Source: Thermoplasmata archaeon (GTDB lineage Archaea; Thermoplasmatota; Thermoplasmata; Lutacidiplasmatales; UBA184). From it: a stretch of 64,000 nt of DNA. Numbering within the stretch: position 1 is the first letter of the stretch; each line of letters starts with the position of its first letter. The DNA lies in NCBI GenBank assembly GCA_021826685.1, contig JAKAYT010000004.1:9462-73461 (forward strand). Reading direction: 5' to 3'. Below the pieces are notes generated by a model that was not told the DNA's origin, ran no database searches, and worked only from the letters and a program-made list of their open reading frames with translations. Below are positions 30,623 to 40,730 of the stretch, piece after piece. The position numbers were made by a program, and so were the translations under genes.

Positions 30623-31342
30623 ATGGCAAACCCTCCCCCCCAGATCCGTGCGGTCTTCTTTGACCTTGGTGGAACGCTGGTCGACGAGCGCGATTATCTG
30701 GGCTGGACCGACACGGCGCGACGCCACTACCTCGAGTTCGAACCGGACGATCTCGCGCACGCGTTCCGCGATGTCGAGTCCGAGATGGACGGCGTGATCT
30801 CGGACCACTTCGTCGAGTTCTGGCAGAAGGTGCTCACCCAGGCGGCGCAGCACGAGGTCAGCCTTGCGACCGCGACCCGGTTCACCGAGGACATCCACCG
30901 GCAGCGTGCGCCGTACCGCCTGTTCTCCGATTCGCGCCGCTGCCTAGAGGAACTGCGCGAAGACGGCCGGAGGCTTGGAGTCATCTCGAACTCCAACTCG
31001 GAGGCGAGCGCGCGGCGGGTGCTGGATCAGACCGGCATCCTCGAGCTGTTCGATACCGTGACGAGTTCGGGGACCGAGGGAGTGCGCAAGCCCGATCCCG
31101 AGATCTTCCGTCGCGCGCTCGCCCGGGCGAAGGTTTCGGTTCACGAGGCATTCTACGTCGGGAACCTTCTCAAGACCGATGCACTCGCCGCGCGCGCAGC
31201 GGGCATTCCCTCGGTGTGGCTCCACCGCGACGGGGTCGCGTTCAACGAGGATCCCCCCGAGGTCACCTCTCTGCTCGAGGTCCCGAACTGGGTCCGCCGC
31301 CTCGAAGGGAGTCCCGAGAAATATCCCGCTCGCCGCCGTTAA
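30623..31342 (+). CDS. HAD-superfamily hydrolase (subfamily IA-like)
   Basis: Motif I VFFDLGGTL, motif II VISNS, motif III K in GVRKPD, motif IV YVGN...D. ATG at 30623. Confidence 0.85.
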   Translation: MANPPPQIRAVFFDLGGTLVDERDYLGWTDTARRHYLEFEPDDLAHAFRDVESEMDGVISDHFVEFWQKVLTQAAQHEVSLATATRFTEDIHRQRAPYRLFSDSRRCLEELREDGRRLGVISNSNSEASARRVLDQTGILELFDTVTSSGTEGVRKPDPEIFRRALARAKVSVHEAFYVGNLLKTDALAARAAGIPSVWLHRDGVAFNEDPPEVTSLLEVPNWVRRLEGSPEKYPARRR

Positions 31343-31646
31343 ATACCCCGCCCCTCTCCGTACCTCAAGCGCGAGGCGCTCCCTCACGGGGGCGTGCGTG
31401 CTCGGCGCTGCCACGGCGAGCCGGGGATCCATGATCCGGCCTCTTCCAAGGCGACGCCACACGATGGCCCGATGGGGCGTGGAGCCCCGAGATCCCCTCC
31501 CTCGCAAGGGGGAGTGACCTCTCGGGACCGACAAGGAAGAGACGAGAAACGTACGCGAATAGCTCATCCAGTAAGCAAAAGAGCAATTCCGCCAGTCAGT
31601 TCATCGGTTGCGATCCGTGCGTCCAACGCACGAATTAGTGTGCGAA

Positions 31647-33114
<1,468 letters not shown>

Positions 33115-33225
33115 AACGAGCGCCCTCCTTGGAGGGCCTCTCGACAGAGGTCGCAGCCGAGCCATGACGCGGTTCCGTCTCTTCCCGACCCATCGGCCAT
33201 CAACCCATATTTGGTTAGTTACGCA

Positions 33226-33235
33226 TTACTTATTA
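33226..33235 (+). promoter_or_regulatory. TATA box candidate (TTACTTATTA) for ribB
   Basis: AT-rich block centred about 30 nt upstream of the ATG at 33261, implying a leaderless or very short-leader transcript. Confidence 0.35.
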
Positions 33236-33260
33236 GGTGGGCATTCTCCTTGCCCGCGCG

Positions 33261-33986
33261 ATGCTAGCGGACCACCCAATTCGGCCGATTCCCGACGAGA
33301 TCGAGCGCGCTGCGGAGGCCCTCGATTCGGGCGAACCGGTGCTGATCTTCGACGCGCCGGATCGCGAGGGGGAGACCGACCTCGTCTTCCTCAGCGAGCG
33401 GGCGACCCCCGAGCTCGTTCGCCTTCTTCGTCACGACGCGGGGGGCGTGATCTGCACCGCGATCTCGGCCGAGTTGCGCAACGCCGTGGGCCTCCCGTTT
33501 GTGCGCGATCTCTTCGAGATATCCCGGCAGGAGTACCCCACGGTGGGGCGGCTCATCGAGAGCCCTCGATACGATCGCCGTAGCTCCTTCGGCATCACGA
33601 TCAACCACCGTGACAATTACACCGGCGTCACCGACAACGAACGCGCGCGCACGATCCGCTCGGTCGGCGAGATCGCCGCCCGGATTCGGTCGGTCGACGC
33701 GCCCCTCCTCCGAGAGGAATTCGTCGCGACGTTCTCCAGCCCGGGCCATGTCAGCCTCATCTACGCCGCGCCCGGACTCCTCGCCGAGCGAAAGGGACAT
33801 ACGGAACTGGCCGTCTCTCTTACCCGGATGGCCGGTCTGAGCGAGTCGGCGACCGTCTGCGAGATGCTCGGCGACTCGGGCGGCGCGCGGTCCCCCCAGG
33901 CCGCGCGGCGGTACGCCGACGACCACGGGTGGCTCTTCCTGGAAGGACGTTCCATCGTCGAGGCGTGGCGGTCATGGTCCGGGTGA
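33261..33986 (+). CDS. ribB: 3,4-dihydroxy-2-butanone 4-phosphate synthase (archaeal type)
   Basis: PVLIFDAPDREGETDLVF...RHDAGGVICTA...FSSPGHVSLI...GHTELAVSL motifs. The track start at 33237 is GTG; the ATG at 33261 fits the TATA spacing. Confidence 0.9.
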   Translation: MLADHPIRPIPDEIERAAEALDSGEPVLIFDAPDREGETDLVFLSERATPELVRLLRHDAGGVICTAISAELRNAVGLPFVRDLFEISRQEYPTVGRLIESPRYDRRSSFGITINHRDNYTGVTDNERARTIRSVGEIAARIRSVDAPLLREEFVATFSSPGHVSLIYAAPGLLAERKGHTELAVSLTRMAGLSESATVCEMLGDSGGARSPQAARRYADDHGWLFLEGRSIVEAWRSWSG

Positions 33987-34411
33987 TGGCCACGGGGGTC
34001 TTCGACCTCCTCCACCCCGGACATGTCTACTTTCTCACCGAATCCCACAAGCTCGGCGACGAGCTCGTGGTGGTCGTGGCGCGCGACCAAACGGTGCGAC
34101 GGCTGAAGCACGAGCCCTACGTCCCCGAGCAGATCCGCCGGGAGATGGTCGAGGCGCTCAAACCGGTCGACAAGGCCGTGCTTGGCAGTAAGACCGATAT
34201 CTATCAGACGGTCGTGGAACTCAAGCCCGACATCATCACCCTCGGCTACAACCAGGCCTGGAACGAGCAGGAGATCGAGCGCGAGTGCGCCCGACGCGGA
34301 GTTCCGGTGAAGGTCGTCCGCATCGGAGCGCTCCCCCATGACGGGCTCGCGACCCGCAAGATCGTGGAGCGGATCCTGGAACGGAGCGGCCGAAAGGAGG
34401 CGAGCGCGTGA
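33974..34411 (+). CDS. ribL: FAD synthase (CTP-dependent FMN adenylyltransferase, RibL)
   Basis: ATGVFDLLHPGHVYFL...LVVVVARDQTV...EQIRREMVEALKPVDKAVLGS closely follows the MJ1179-type RibL pattern. Alternative ATG at 33986 overlaps the ribB stop. Confidence 0.9.
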   Translation: MVRVMATGVFDLLHPGHVYFLTESHKLGDELVVVVARDQTVRRLKHEPYVPEQIRREMVEALKPVDKAVLGSKTDIYQTVVELKPDIITLGYNQAWNEQEIERECARRGVPVKVVRIGALPHDGLATRKIVERILERSGRKEASA

Positions 34412-34881
34412 AGCGGATCGGGATCCTCGACACGACTTTCGCGCGCGTCGACATGGCGGCCGCCGCGGTCCGCGCCCTGAACGAGCGAGGGACCGGCTTC
34501 CGGATCTTCCGCCGTACCGTGCCCGGGATCAAGGACCTTCCGGTCGCGGCACGTGAGATGTTCCGTCGTGAGGACGTCGACCTCGTGCTCGCCCTCGGGA
34601 TGCCCGGCCGCGCGGAGTACGATCGGACGTGCGCGCACGAGGCATCGCTGGGCCTCATCTGGGCCGGGCTGTTGGAAAGCCGGCCGATCGTGGAGTGCTT
34701 CGTCTTCGAGAGCGAAGCGTCCACCGACCGCGAGCTGGACCGGCTCGCTCGACGACGCGCCGAAGAGCACGCGCTCAACGCCTACGCGATGCTCTTCCGG
34801 CCTCAGGACCTCCACCGCGCGCGAGGGAGCGGCCTGCGTCAGGGATTCCCCGACGCGGGAGCCGTTCGACCGGTGCGCTAG
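34408..34881 (+). CDS. ribC: archaeal-type riboflavin synthase
   Basis: IGILDTTFARVDMA...VPGIKDLPVAA...ALGMPGRAEYDRTCAHEASLGL...RRAEEHA...GLRQGF closely follows the MJ1184 pattern. Confidence 0.9.
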   Translation: MKRIGILDTTFARVDMAAAAVRALNERGTGFRIFRRTVPGIKDLPVAAREMFRREDVDLVLALGMPGRAEYDRTCAHEASLGLIWAGLLESRPIVECFVFESEASTDRELDRLARRRAEEHALNAYAMLFRPQDLHRARGSGLRQGFPDAGAVRPVR

Positions 34882-34941
34882 GCCCCCCGGGCCGGTCCCA
34901 TGCCACCCCGTCACCAGAGAACCACACGGAGAAAGAACACC

Positions 34942-35385
34942 ATGAGTCCATCAGCGCAGAAGAAGGGCAGCGGAATCCGGATCGCGATCGCGGCGAGCGA
35001 GTACAACTTCGACATCACCTACGCGATGCTCGAGCGAGCGAAGGAGGAGGTGGCGTTCCTGGGAGCGACCCTGGGCCCCGTGGTCAAGACGCCCGGGGTC
35101 TACGACCTCCCCCTGGCGGCCAAGGTCCTCCTGGGCCGTTCGGACGTCGACGCGGTCGTCGCGCTCGGCGCGGTCATCGAAGGCGAGACGCAGCACGACG
35201 AGATCGTGATGCACCAGGCCGCACGGAAGCTGGCGGACCTCGCCGTCGACTTCTCGAAACCCGTCGGCCTCGGCGTCACCGGCCCCGGCGAGACCCGTCT
35301 GCAAGCCCAGGACCGGATCGAGAACGCGGCGAACGCCGTGCGCGCGGTCGTGAAGATGATCGGGCGCCTTCGCGAGCTCGGCTAG
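34942..35385 (+). CDS. ribH: 6,7-dimethyl-8-ribityllumazine synthase
   Basis: IRIAIAASEYNFDIT...VKTPGVYDLPLAAK...VVALGAVIEGETQHDEIV motifs. ATG at 34942. Confidence 0.9.
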   Translation: MSPSAQKKGSGIRIAIAASEYNFDITYAMLERAKEEVAFLGATLGPVVKTPGVYDLPLAAKVLLGRSDVDAVVALGAVIEGETQHDEIVMHQAARKLADLAVDFSKPVGLGVTGPGETRLQAQDRIENAANAVRAVVKMIGRLRELG

Positions 35386-35738
35386 AGCCCGAAGCGTCCG
35401 CGCAGGAACTCGAAGGCGGTTCGGCCCTTGCGGGTCCGCAGTTCGACCTCGAAGTCCGTGCGGCGCAACCCGGCGCCCCGTCCCTTCCTCAGCGCGGCGA
35501 GAAGCCTCTCTTGGGCCCCTCGGATTACCACATCGGCGGCGGGGTCCACCCCGTCGCGAACGGTCACGGTCCCGCCGGCGCTCACGGAGAGCGTCGCAGC
35601 GTCCGACGGGCTCTTGAGCGCCCAGGATTGGGGCAGGTAGCTGTGCAGGATGGCTCCCGTGAGTCCCTGGAGACGACCCCCGATCTCGGTCGAAAGGTTC
35701 GGGGCGATTTGTCGCAGCGTCTCCGTAAGCTCGCCCAT
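35382..35738 (-). CDS. small SCP2-like (sterol-carrier fold) protein, tentative
   Basis: 118 aa from the ATG at 35738. Pattern …ALKSPSDAATLSVSAGGTVTVRDGVDPAADVVIRGAQERLLAALRKG… resembles SCP2 domains. High GC3. Confidence 0.55.
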   Translation of the reverse strand: MGELTETLRQIAPNLSTEIGGRLQGLTGAILHSYLPQSWALKSPSDAATLSVSAGGTVTVRDGVDPAADVVIRGAQERLLAALRKGRGAGLRRTDFEVELRTRKGRTAFEFLRGRFGL

Positions 35739-35761
35739 CGCTCCCGCCGACCGCGCTATCG

Positions 35762-36580
35762 GTGCGGGTAGATGAACCTCGCGTTCTTCCCCCGGCGCCA
35801 ATCATTAACGAGCTCGGTGATGCCGCCGGGCAGGGCGTCCGCGTGATCCCGCGGGAATTCTACGAGACGATCGGTTCCACCCAGGACCGGGCGGTCGAGC
35901 TCGCCCGTGCCGGCACGCTACCGGGCACCCGGGTCGTCGCGCGCCATCAGACGAAGGGACGGGGCCGTCTCGACCACTCCTGGTGGTCACCCGAGGGACG
36001 GGGCCTCTACCTCAGCATCGTGCTGGAGGCCCCCCCTCCGCCCCGCACGCGCCTCGCCCTCGCGATCGGCGAGGAACTCGGAGGCGAGCTCGAGCGTCGC
36101 TTCGGGATCGGCACCGCATTGAAATGGCCGAACGATCTCCTCGTCGTGCGCGGCGACGCCGTCCGGAAGATCTCTGGGATTCTCATCGATGAAGTCGGGG
36201 GCCCCGATCGCCTTTACGAGATCGCTGGCATCGGCGTCAACGTCCGGTCGATCGCGCACGACGCGCCCGAGGAATTGCGTGCGCGCGTGACCGCGATCGA
36301 AGACCACGTACGGCCTCCCCCCTCGCTCGAGGAGGTGGAAGCGTGGACCTCGGCGGCGGCGATGCGCGCGGTCGAGGAGCTGAAGGACCCCACGCGCGCT
36401 TCCCTCCTTCTCGATCGGTGCCGGGATCGCCTGTATGGTCGCGGGCGGGCGGTGACGGTCGATGGAGTCCCGATGGGCCGCATCGATACCCTCGGTGACG
36501 AAGGCGAGCTCTGGATCGTCCGGGGGCGCGACCGGATAGCGATAAGGGCGGGCGATGTCGACGTCCTGGCGGGTCCATGA
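35762..36580 (+). CDS. birA: biotin--[acetyl-CoA-carboxylase] ligase (no HTH domain)
   Basis: GSTQDRA...ARHQTKGRGRLDHSWWSPEGRGLYLSIVL...KWPNDLLV...GILIDEV. The start is uncertain: GTG at 35762 or GTG at 35843. Confidence 0.85.
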   Translation: MRVDEPRVLPPAPIINELGDAAGQGVRVIPREFYETIGSTQDRAVELARAGTLPGTRVVARHQTKGRGRLDHSWWSPEGRGLYLSIVLEAPPPPRTRLALAIGEELGGELERRFGIGTALKWPNDLLVVRGDAVRKISGILIDEVGGPDRLYEIAGIGVNVRSIAHDAPEELRARVTAIEDHVRPPPSLEEVEAWTSAAAMRAVEELKDPTRASLLLDRCRDRLYGRGRAVTVDGVPMGRIDTLGDEGELWIVRGRDRIAIRAGDVDVLAGP

Positions 36581-38124
36581 GCGACGCGTTCGATCGTTGG
36601 GAGGTGCTCAAGCGCGCGACCCGCGAGGGCGGCGGCGCCGAACGGGTGGCGAAGCATCACGCGGCCGGCAAGCTCACCGCCCGCGAGCGGCTCGAGGCGT
36701 TCTTCGACTCCGGCACGTTCGAGGAGATCGGAGCCTACGTCACGACCCGCGCGACCTCGTTCGGAATGGCCGAGCGGAGGATCCCGGGCGACGGGGTGGT
36801 CACCGGCTGGGGCGAGGTCGACGCACGGCCGGTCTGCGCCTTCGCGCAGGACGCGACCGTCTTCGGCGGAGCGCTCGGCGAGGCCCACGCGGCCAAGATC
36901 GTCGCCGTGATGGAACTCGCCCGTAAGGCGGGAGTACCGATTGTGGGCCTGAACGACTCGGGAGGCGCCCGAATCCAGGAAGGGGTCGTCAGCCTCGGGG
37001 GCTACGGGGAGGTCTTCTGGCGCAACGTCAGCCTTTCGGGCGTGGTCCCCCAGGTTTCGGCGATCCTGGGCCCGTGCGCGGGCGGGGCGGTCTACTCTCC
37101 GGCACTCACCGACTTCGTGGTGATGGCCCACGGCACTTCGCAGATGTTCATCACCGGCCCGGACGTGGTGAAGGAGGTCACCGGCGAAGAGGTCTCGACC
37201 GAGGACCTCGGAGGGGCGGATGCCCACGCCCGCCAAAGCGGGGTCTCCCATCTCACCGCGGCGAACGACAAGGACGCGCTCGAACTGGTCCGCCGCTTGC
37301 TCGGATACCTCCCGCTGAACAACCTCGAGGAACCTCCCCGAGCCGAGAGCGTCGAGCCGGCCGCGAGCGCGGCCGCCGAGCTGGCGCGCACCGTTCCCGA
37401 GGACCCGAACGCACCGTACGATGTGCGCGAGGTGATCGATCGTGTGCTCGACCCGGGCTCGTTCCTCGAGATCCAGCCCGAGTGGGCGATGAACATCGTG
37501 GTCGGCCTCGCCCGGCTTTCGGGCCGCTCGATCGGGGTGATTGCCAATAATCCGTCGCAACTGGCGGGCACCCTCGATATCAACGCATCGGTGAAGGCCG
37601 CGCGCTTCGTCCGCACGTGCGACGCGTTCAACGTCCCGCTCCTGACGTTCGTCGACGTGCCGGGCTTCCTGCCGGGAACGGCGCAAGAGCACGGCGGGAT
37701 CATCCGCCACGGCGCGAAGCTCCTCTACGCCTACGCCGAGGCGACGGTCCCGATGATGACCGTGATTCTTCGCAAGGCCTACGGAGGCGCCTACGACGTC
37801 ATGTGCTCGAAGCACCTCGGCGGCGACCTCAACTTTGCCTGGCCCGGCGCGGAGATCGCGGTGATGGGGGCGGAAGGAGCCGCGAAGATCCTCTTCCGTC
37901 GAAGCGGGGAGGGCAACGGAGGCATGTCCGAGGAGGAGCGCGCCCGCCGCATCCGGGATTACCGGACCGAATTCATGAATCCGTTCCTCGCCGCCGAGCG
38001 AGGCTACATCGACGACGTCATCGATCCCACGACGACGCGCGCGCGCCTCGTCGCCGGGCTCAGGATGCTGTCGTCCAAGCGGGACGATCGCCCTCCGAAG
38101 AAGCACGGGAACGGGCCGCTCTAG
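36577..38124 (+). CDS. acyl-CoA carboxyltransferase (12S / PccB / MmdA family; methylmalonyl-CoA carboxyltransferase-like)
   Basis: HHAAGKLTARERLEAFFD, GVVTGWGEVDARPV, NDSGGARIQEGV, PGFLPGTAQEHGGIIRHGAKLLYAY. Confidence 0.92.
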   Translation: MSDAFDRWEVLKRATREGGGAERVAKHHAAGKLTARERLEAFFDSGTFEEIGAYVTTRATSFGMAERRIPGDGVVTGWGEVDARPVCAFAQDATVFGGALGEAHAAKIVAVMELARKAGVPIVGLNDSGGARIQEGVVSLGGYGEVFWRNVSLSGVVPQVSAILGPCAGGAVYSPALTDFVVMAHGTSQMFITGPDVVKEVTGEEVSTEDLGGADAHARQSGVSHLTAANDKDALELVRRLLGYLPLNNLEEPPRAESVEPAASAAAELARTVPEDPNAPYDVREVIDRVLDPGSFLEIQPEWAMNIVVGLARLSGRSIGVIANNPSQLAGTLDINASVKAARFVRTCDAFNVPLLTFVDVPGFLPGTAQEHGGIIRHGAKLLYAYAEATVPMMTVILRKAYGGAYDVMCSKHLGGDLNFAWPGAEIAVMGAEGAAKILFRRSGEGNGGMSEEERARRIRDYRTEFMNPFLAAERGYIDDVIDPTTTRARLVAGLRMLSSKRDDRPPKKHGNGPL

Positions 38125-38142
38125 CGGCCCTCGGGGCGCACG

Positions 38143-39672
38143 ATGGTCCAGATCACGGACACGGTGTTGCGGGACGGTCACCAGTCGCTGATCGCCACGC
38201 GGATGCGAACGCGCGACATGCTCCCGGCGGCGGAGCAACTGGACGCGATCGGGTACCGTTCGCTCGAGGTGTGGGGGGGCGCGACGTTCGACGTCTGCCT
38301 ACGCTTCTTGCGCGAAGATCCCTGGGAGCGACTCGCCCAACTCAAGCGCGCGATCCCGAACACCCCGCTCCAGATGCTCCTGCGCGGGCAGAACCTCGTC
38401 GGCTACCGGCACTATTCGGACGACCTCGTGCGCAAGTTCGTCGAGCATTCCGCGCGCACCGGCATCACGATCTTCCGGGTCTTCGACGCGCTCAACGACC
38501 CGGAGAACATGCGGGTCGCCCTGGAGGCGGTACGCCATGCGGGAGGCCGGGCGCAGGGCACGATCTGCTACACGCAGTCTCCGGTGCACACCCTCGAGTC
38601 GTTCGTGAACCTCGGCCGCCGCCTCGCCGAGATGGGGGCGGAAGAGCTCTGCATCAAAGACATGGCCGGGTTCATGCCGCCGTCCGATAGCGGCGCGCTG
38701 ACGCGCGCGCTCGTCAAAGAGGTCGGATTGCCCGTCGCGGTGCACACGCACTCGTCCAGCGGGATGTCGACGCTCTCCTGCCTCGCCGCCGCCGAGGCCG
38801 GCGCCACGTCGGTGGACGGTGCGCTGAGTCCTTTCGCCGGGGGAGCTTCGCAACCTCCGACCGAGACGCTCGTCGCCGCGATGCACGGCACGCCGTACGA
38901 CCCGCACCTCGACCTTAACGCGCTCGCCCGGCTGGCGGACTACTTCCGCACTGTGCTCGAGCACTATCGCCCTCTGCTCCAGCTGCGGGCCCTCCAGACC
39001 GATCCGGAGATCATCCTTCATCAGGTCCCGGGGGGGATGCTCTCGAACCTGCTCGCCCAGCTCGAAGAGCAAGGGGCCCTCGCGCGCCTCCCCGAAGTGC
39101 TCGCCGAGATCCCACGGGTTCGCAAGGACTTGGGCTATCCACCGCTCGTCACGCCGACGAGCCAGATCGTCGGGATCCAGGCGCTGCTCAACGTGCTCGC
39201 GGGCGAGCGCTACCGCACCATCACGCAAGAGGTGCACGATTACTTGCGGGGTCTGTACGGCACGCCGCCCGGCCCTATGGATCCTGCGCTCGTCGCGCGG
39301 GTCACGGCCGAGAAGCCGGCGATTCAGGGCCGGCCCGCCGACCGTATCCCTCCGGAGTTCGAGAAGATGACCGCCGAGGTCCGGGAGTTCCTTCCGAACG
39401 CATCCGAGCGCGACGTGCTCTCCTATGCCCTCTTCCCGTCGGTCTACCGGTCCTATCGGGCGACGATCGACCGCGGCCTCACGGACGACGTGCTCACGAG
39501 CGCCGCGCTCGGCATCGTCGGCGCGCTGCGAGCTCCGGTCGCGGCGCCCCCTCCACCCCCGGAGCGCGCGGGCGAGGAAGGAGGAACGAGTCCCTGGGCC
39601 CACGAGGGACGCGTGCGGACGCTCGGCCAACGGAGGTGGATGAATGCGGCTCAGCATCGTTCGCGCGGGTAG
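38143..39672 (+). CDS. pyruvate/oxaloacetate carboxyltransferase (5S / OadA / PycB family) without a biotinyl domain
   Basis: ITDTVLRDGHQSL, EVWGGATFD, LLRGQNLVGY, CIKDMAG, HTHSSSGM motifs of the HMGL-like carboxyltransferase domain. The C-terminus lacks an AMKM motif. Confidence 0.92.
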   Translation: MVQITDTVLRDGHQSLIATRMRTRDMLPAAEQLDAIGYRSLEVWGGATFDVCLRFLREDPWERLAQLKRAIPNTPLQMLLRGQNLVGYRHYSDDLVRKFVEHSARTGITIFRVFDALNDPENMRVALEAVRHAGGRAQGTICYTQSPVHTLESFVNLGRRLAEMGAEELCIKDMAGFMPPSDSGALTRALVKEVGLPVAVHTHSSSGMSTLSCLAAAEAGATSVDGALSPFAGGASQPPTETLVAAMHGTPYDPHLDLNALARLADYFRTVLEHYRPLLQLRALQTDPEIILHQVPGGMLSNLLAQLEEQGALARLPEVLAEIPRVRKDLGYPPLVTPTSQIVGIQALLNVLAGERYRTITQEVHDYLRGLYGTPPGPMDPALVARVTAEKPAIQGRPADRIPPEFEKMTAEVREFLPNASERDVLSYALFPSVYRSYRATIDRGLTDDVLTSAALGIVGALRAPVAAPPPPPERAGEEGGTSPWAHEGRVRTLGQRRWMNAAQHRSRG

Positions 39673-40201
39673 ATCCGAGACGGTCGACGTCGATCTCGAC
39701 GCGAAGACCGTACGGCTCGGCGAGCGGACCTACCCCTTCGAGGTGGTGGAAGCCGGTCCCCTCAAGGTCGAGCTCGAGATCGCGGGTGAAAAAGTCGTGG
39801 TCGACGGCTGGCCACAGGGATTCGCATCCCCTCCCGGACCGATCGATGTGAACGGCGAGAGGTGGACGGTCGGGGAGGTGCGTCGAGACGGGGGGACCCC
39901 GCCCGTCCCGCGGACCGCTCCCCGCCCTCGCGCCCACGGCGTTCCTGCTTCCCCGGGAACTCCCGGACTCGGTGACGGTCCCGGCGTGCCTATCGTGCCG
40001 CCGATGCCCGGCAAGGTGATCGAAGTGCGGGTCCAGGAGGGCGACCCGGTCCGAACCGGCCAGGTCCTCGTCGTCGTCGAGGCCATGAAGATGCGCAACG
40101 AGGTCACGAGCCCGATCGACGGCACGGTCGCGCAGCTCTCGGTCCGCGCGGGCTCGAACGTGCGGGCGAAGGAAGCGATGCTTCGCGTCGTCCCGGGGTG
40201 A
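39644..40201 (+). CDS. biotin carboxyl carrier protein (1.3S-like) with a roughly 100-aa N-terminal extension
   Basis: C-terminal biotinyl domain PMPGKVIEVRVQEGDPVRTGQVLVVVEAMKMRNEV. Overlaps the 5S stop by 29 nt. Confidence 0.88.
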   Translation: MRLSIVRAGRSETVDVDLDAKTVRLGERTYPFEVVEAGPLKVELEIAGEKVVVDGWPQGFASPPGPIDVNGERWTVGEVRRDGGTPPVPRTAPRPRAHGVPASPGTPGLGDGPGVPIVPPMPGKVIEVRVQEGDPVRTGQVLVVVEAMKMRNEVTSPIDGTVAQLSVRAGSNVRAKEAMLRVVPG

Positions 40202-40215
40202 GGTCACCGTCAGCA

Positions 40216-40629
40216 CTAGATCGCGTGGACCGGGTGGCCACACGCCGGGCAGAATTCGGCGTTCGGCGGAAGGTGCGAGCCGCAATAAATGCAAAAGCCG
40301 ATCGGCCCGGCGGTCGTGGACGCCGACGCGCTGGAAGCTGCCGGAGCCGAAGCCGCGCTGGCCGCGGCGGACGGGAGGGGGAGTCCGCCGGACGCCGTCG
40401 GAGCCCCCGTCGCGGGCGGGGCACTCGGTCCTGCGGGTGCGGTGGACGAACGGCCGATCCGCCGGCGGGATATCGGCAGGTAGAACAAGATGAGGCTCGC
40501 GAACATCCAAGCGATCAGGATGTAGAGAAACGTCGTCGCGATGGCCGGGGCGACAAAGTAGATCGCGATCGCCACGGCGAGCAGGGCGAAGTTGATCATC
40601 GTGAGCAAGCGCCCCAGGTACATCGGCAC
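40216..40629 (-). CDS. small membrane protein: two N-terminal TM helices, Ala/Ser/Pro linker, C-terminal zinc ribbon
   Basis: TM helices INFALLAVAIAIYFV and FLYILIAWMFASLILFYL. Terminal CIYCGSHLPPNAEFCPACG (zinc_ribbon_2-type). Confidence 0.7.
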   Translation of the reverse strand: MPMYLGRLLTMINFALLAVAIAIYFVAPAIATTFLYILIAWMFASLILFYLPISRRRIGRSSTAPAGPSAPPATGAPTASGGLPLPSAAASAASAPAASSASASTTAGPIGFCIYCGSHLPPNAEFCPACGHPVHAI

Positions 40630-40701
40630 CCTCTGCCACGACTACGAGGGCAGCGAAGCTACTTCACGCTTGGCTCAAGTTGAGGGCTGCGGCCCTCGAC
40701 C

Positions 40702-40709
40702 TTAATAGA
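40702..40709 (+). promoter_or_regulatory. TATA box candidate (TTAATAGA) for a leaderless rtcB transcript
   Basis: Centred about 25 nt upstream of the ATG at 40731. Confidence 0.35.
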
Positions 40710-40730
40710 CCCGTTCCGTCCCCGCGGGCC

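Noticed and set aside
36214-40639. Antisense ORFs 36214..38238, 38299..39657 and 39494..40639 opposite the biotin-enzyme cluster
   Set aside because: The same shadow-ORF pattern. The plus-strand genes carry all diagnostic motifs.
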